DNA of 64,000 nucleotides from Tubiluchus corallicola. Lineage: Eukaryota; Animalia; Priapulida. The DNA lies in assembly GCA_030141605.1 (NCBI GenBank), contig JAQGDQ010000217.1, positions 124,001 to 188,000 of the forward strand. Direction: 5' to 3'. The translations under genes were made by a program, and so were the position numbers. Positions 62,101-64,000 of the stretch are shown in pieces (positions within the stretch are counted from its first letter, which is position 1; the number at the start of each line of letters is the position of its first letter). Under the pieces are notes generated by a model. It was not told where the DNA came from and searched no databases. It saw only the letters and a list, made by a program, of their open reading frames with translations.

Positions 62101-62761
62101 CTTAATTTTAATACAGATGTCCCGGTCAAGGTCAGATGAAGCCACACCCAAATCAATCGCAGCCAGTCGATCTGAGGGAGGGTGCCACCAAAGCTTATTA
62201 TGTATTGAAAGAGGTAAATTTTTTTGATTTTTCTTGCCAGCTAAGCTGTTTGTCGGCTCTGCAGTGCTGACAGTGAATACTAAAAGCATGACAGCTTTGC
62301 CATTTAACATAGAAAAGCTAAATTTTTGCCTAGCAGTACTCAATAGATTAAGATCTTTCTCAAACATATGTACTTTGTTATGAGAGCCTGAAAGATCTAA
62401 TTTTTTCTGTCTCATTAGCACTTTTCTTCCTTCTTTCCATATCAAAAATATCTAAGCTGTATTTCATTCTAGCTCTGATCATCATGAATTGTGTAAAAAG
62501 TTGAATGTTCTTTTTCAGGGCATCGGGGAAACAGCTAAAGCCATTGTTCAAGTTGCGACTGAAGAACATGAGCACAAGGGCATGTCGGGTGCAGTGGGCG
62601 GTGTCTTGAGGCAGATTCCACCGACTGTAGTCAAGCCGGTCATCTTTGCAAGTGAGGCTACCTCAAATGTTCTCGGTGGGATGAGGAATCAGCTGGTGCC
62701 AGATGCTCGCAAGGAGGCTGTGGAAAAATGGAAGCAGAAAAAAGATTATCCTCATCAATGA
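32172..62761 (+). CDS. ATG2: Autophagy-related protein 2 (lipid transfer protein), 39 exons, about 2080 aa
   Basis: Exons 32172-32339, 32615-32783, 33561-33707, 34118-34220, 35365-35572, 36409-36549, 36883-36979, 37720-37863, 38666-38788, 39242-39346, 39798-39914, 40110-40284, 40445-40625, 40843-40926, 42237-42419, 43177-43444, 44085-44196, 44658-44844, 45520-45662, 46033-46169, 48254-48420, 48611-48758, 48850-49055, 49302-49489, 49952-50121, 50808-50875, 51206-51364, 53023-53143, 53302-53528, 54556-54781, 54869-55071, 55317-55484, 56977-57145, 58112-58322, 58947-59099, 60234-60355, 61088-61292, 62117-62213, 62519-62761; phases consistent (6243 nt). Motifs: chorein-N KKRACRYLLQRYLGQFLQEKL, NDLLLWEP, LIR EEFCII, DLEIRDRLASS.INKFLY, PLRLNIDQD, WLPIEQYRKDG.IVRGLQRG, ATG_C GAVGGVLRQIPP. 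Confidence 0.97.
50681..50776. repeat. Degenerate (ATC/ATT)n trinucleotide tract
   Basis: tcattgtcattatt...catcattatcattatc immediately upstream of ATG2 exon 26. Confidence 0.7.
52633..52739. ncRNA. Inverted pair of minimal hammerhead-ribozyme motifs (Penelope-LTR-like remnant)
   Basis: About 46-bp imperfect inverted repeat; minus arm reads ATCAA-CTGATGA-AG GTTG CT C-GAAAC-ATC-T-TTGAT (52674-52640); plus arm ATCAAA-CCGATGA-ATGTTGTCA-GAAC-GTC-TTTGAT (52698-52732). Confidence 0.55.
59788..60190. repeat. Minisatellite, 13 x 31 bp
   Basis: Consensus GTGACACAGGTTTTGCATGAAGTTAACGTAA, head-to-tail, no spacers. Confidence 0.97.
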
Positions 62762-63233
62762 TGTATGCTTATGCATAGGTATTTTCAAATATTGAGCACT
62801 CTTCGGTTGTTGATAAATTTTATATGAGCGGCCTTCATTTTTAAGATTTTATCAATTTTGCTGATGAATTTCCAGGACTTTGAGGTTTCTGTTTCTTTAT
62901 CAGGATTTGTTGGTATTTTTTGCCTATGTAGACAGATCACTGACATAACAGTTGCTGTAACCAAAAAAATTATGTAACTTACGTATTTTTATGAAAGCCA
63001 CAATTTAAAATCCTGGAGGAAAATGCCAACAGAAGTAACAATGGTACCTTTAAATCCTATTGTTTATGTCTACAAGCAACATTTATTGTAATTATATAAG
63101 TTGCTATTTGGTTACTAAAACCCTTGACACCAGGCAGTAGTCAAACAATTTTCTGTGTACAGTACAATTATTCTGTATAACTTATATCTTGTGCTTCTGG
63201 AAAAGTTCGTAATAATTGTAACAGTATTATTGT

Positions 63234-63344
63234 AATAAAATAACATGTTATTTGTTATGTGGTTCATAAATTCAAATAGCTGAATCAAATATTTGTAGTT
63301 AAGTATAATAACAAAAGATAACTCTTTTGTTTTTCATTAATAAA
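63234..63344 (+). terminator. Candidate ATG2 polyadenylation signals
   Basis: AATAAA at 63234 and 63339, the latter followed by a T/GT-rich tract. Confidence 0.4.
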
Positions 63345-64000
63345 CTTTTTTTTGTAATTGTGGTTTGCCTTTTTTCTGCTCATTGTAGTTTTAAAATGAT
63401 TTTGCTCATTTCTGATGCTAGAGATAGCACAAACGTATTTATTTTATCATTTGACAACAATACACTAAACTACTTAAAATGATCTTTAAATGTTATCTAT
63501 GTTTGCCAACTTTTATAGTATAGCACTATATCAATAGATCACATCGCATTAATTTTTTTGTCAATTCCTTATGCTTAGTACCAGTGTGTAAGAAGGTATA
63601 ACAAGCAAAGACATCAAAGTAGTAGTGAAATTATTGCTTCATTTCTTTTGTACAGAAAAGATTGTTTGATATTGTGTTTTGTGTAAATAATATGTGTATA
63701 ACTTTGTAAATATTATTGATTACACACGTCACTGGTTTTTGTCTACAGTTTTCTTATTTTGCTCTTATATTTTACCTTCATGTGACTTAGCCAGCTTATA
63801 GCCTTGTTATAATATAACAAGTTTCTGTATAACAGGTTTCTGTATAAGTTTTATGAATATGTATTTGACATTGGAAACTATTACTTGAATTTTTTTTTAT
63901 CCAAAAGTCCAAGGCTTTCAGATAATATTACATACATATATACATAAAACTTAATTTCTTCTGCAAGTAATATTGATCAATTCTGCTGTGTGGATAATGT

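Overview
AT-rich, intron-dense animal (invertebrate-like) nuclear DNA, not prokaryotic. It holds four protein-coding genes in two head-to-head pairs. (1) A divergent K50 homeobox gene on the minus strand, missed by the ORF track because its homeodomain is split over three exons, lies opposite (2) RTF1 (PAF1 complex; 14 exons, 7985-25653). (3) ISCU, with an intron-free CDS (minus, 31054-31515), lies opposite (4) ATG2 (39 exons, 32172-62761, about 2080 aa). The last RTF1 intron contains a nearly intact, same-sense RTE-clade non-LTR retrotransposon. Its 5' UTR fits an HDV-like self-cleaving ribozyme whose catalytic 3' half is tandemly duplicated (2 x 88 bp). An ATG2 intron contains an inverted pair of minimal, Penelope-type hammerhead motifs, and another contains a 13 x 31 bp minisatellite rich in GTAAGT. 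hAT, Tigger-like and MITE remnants are scattered through the introns. All exon boundaries and RNA structures were read by eye; no searches or folding programs were run.
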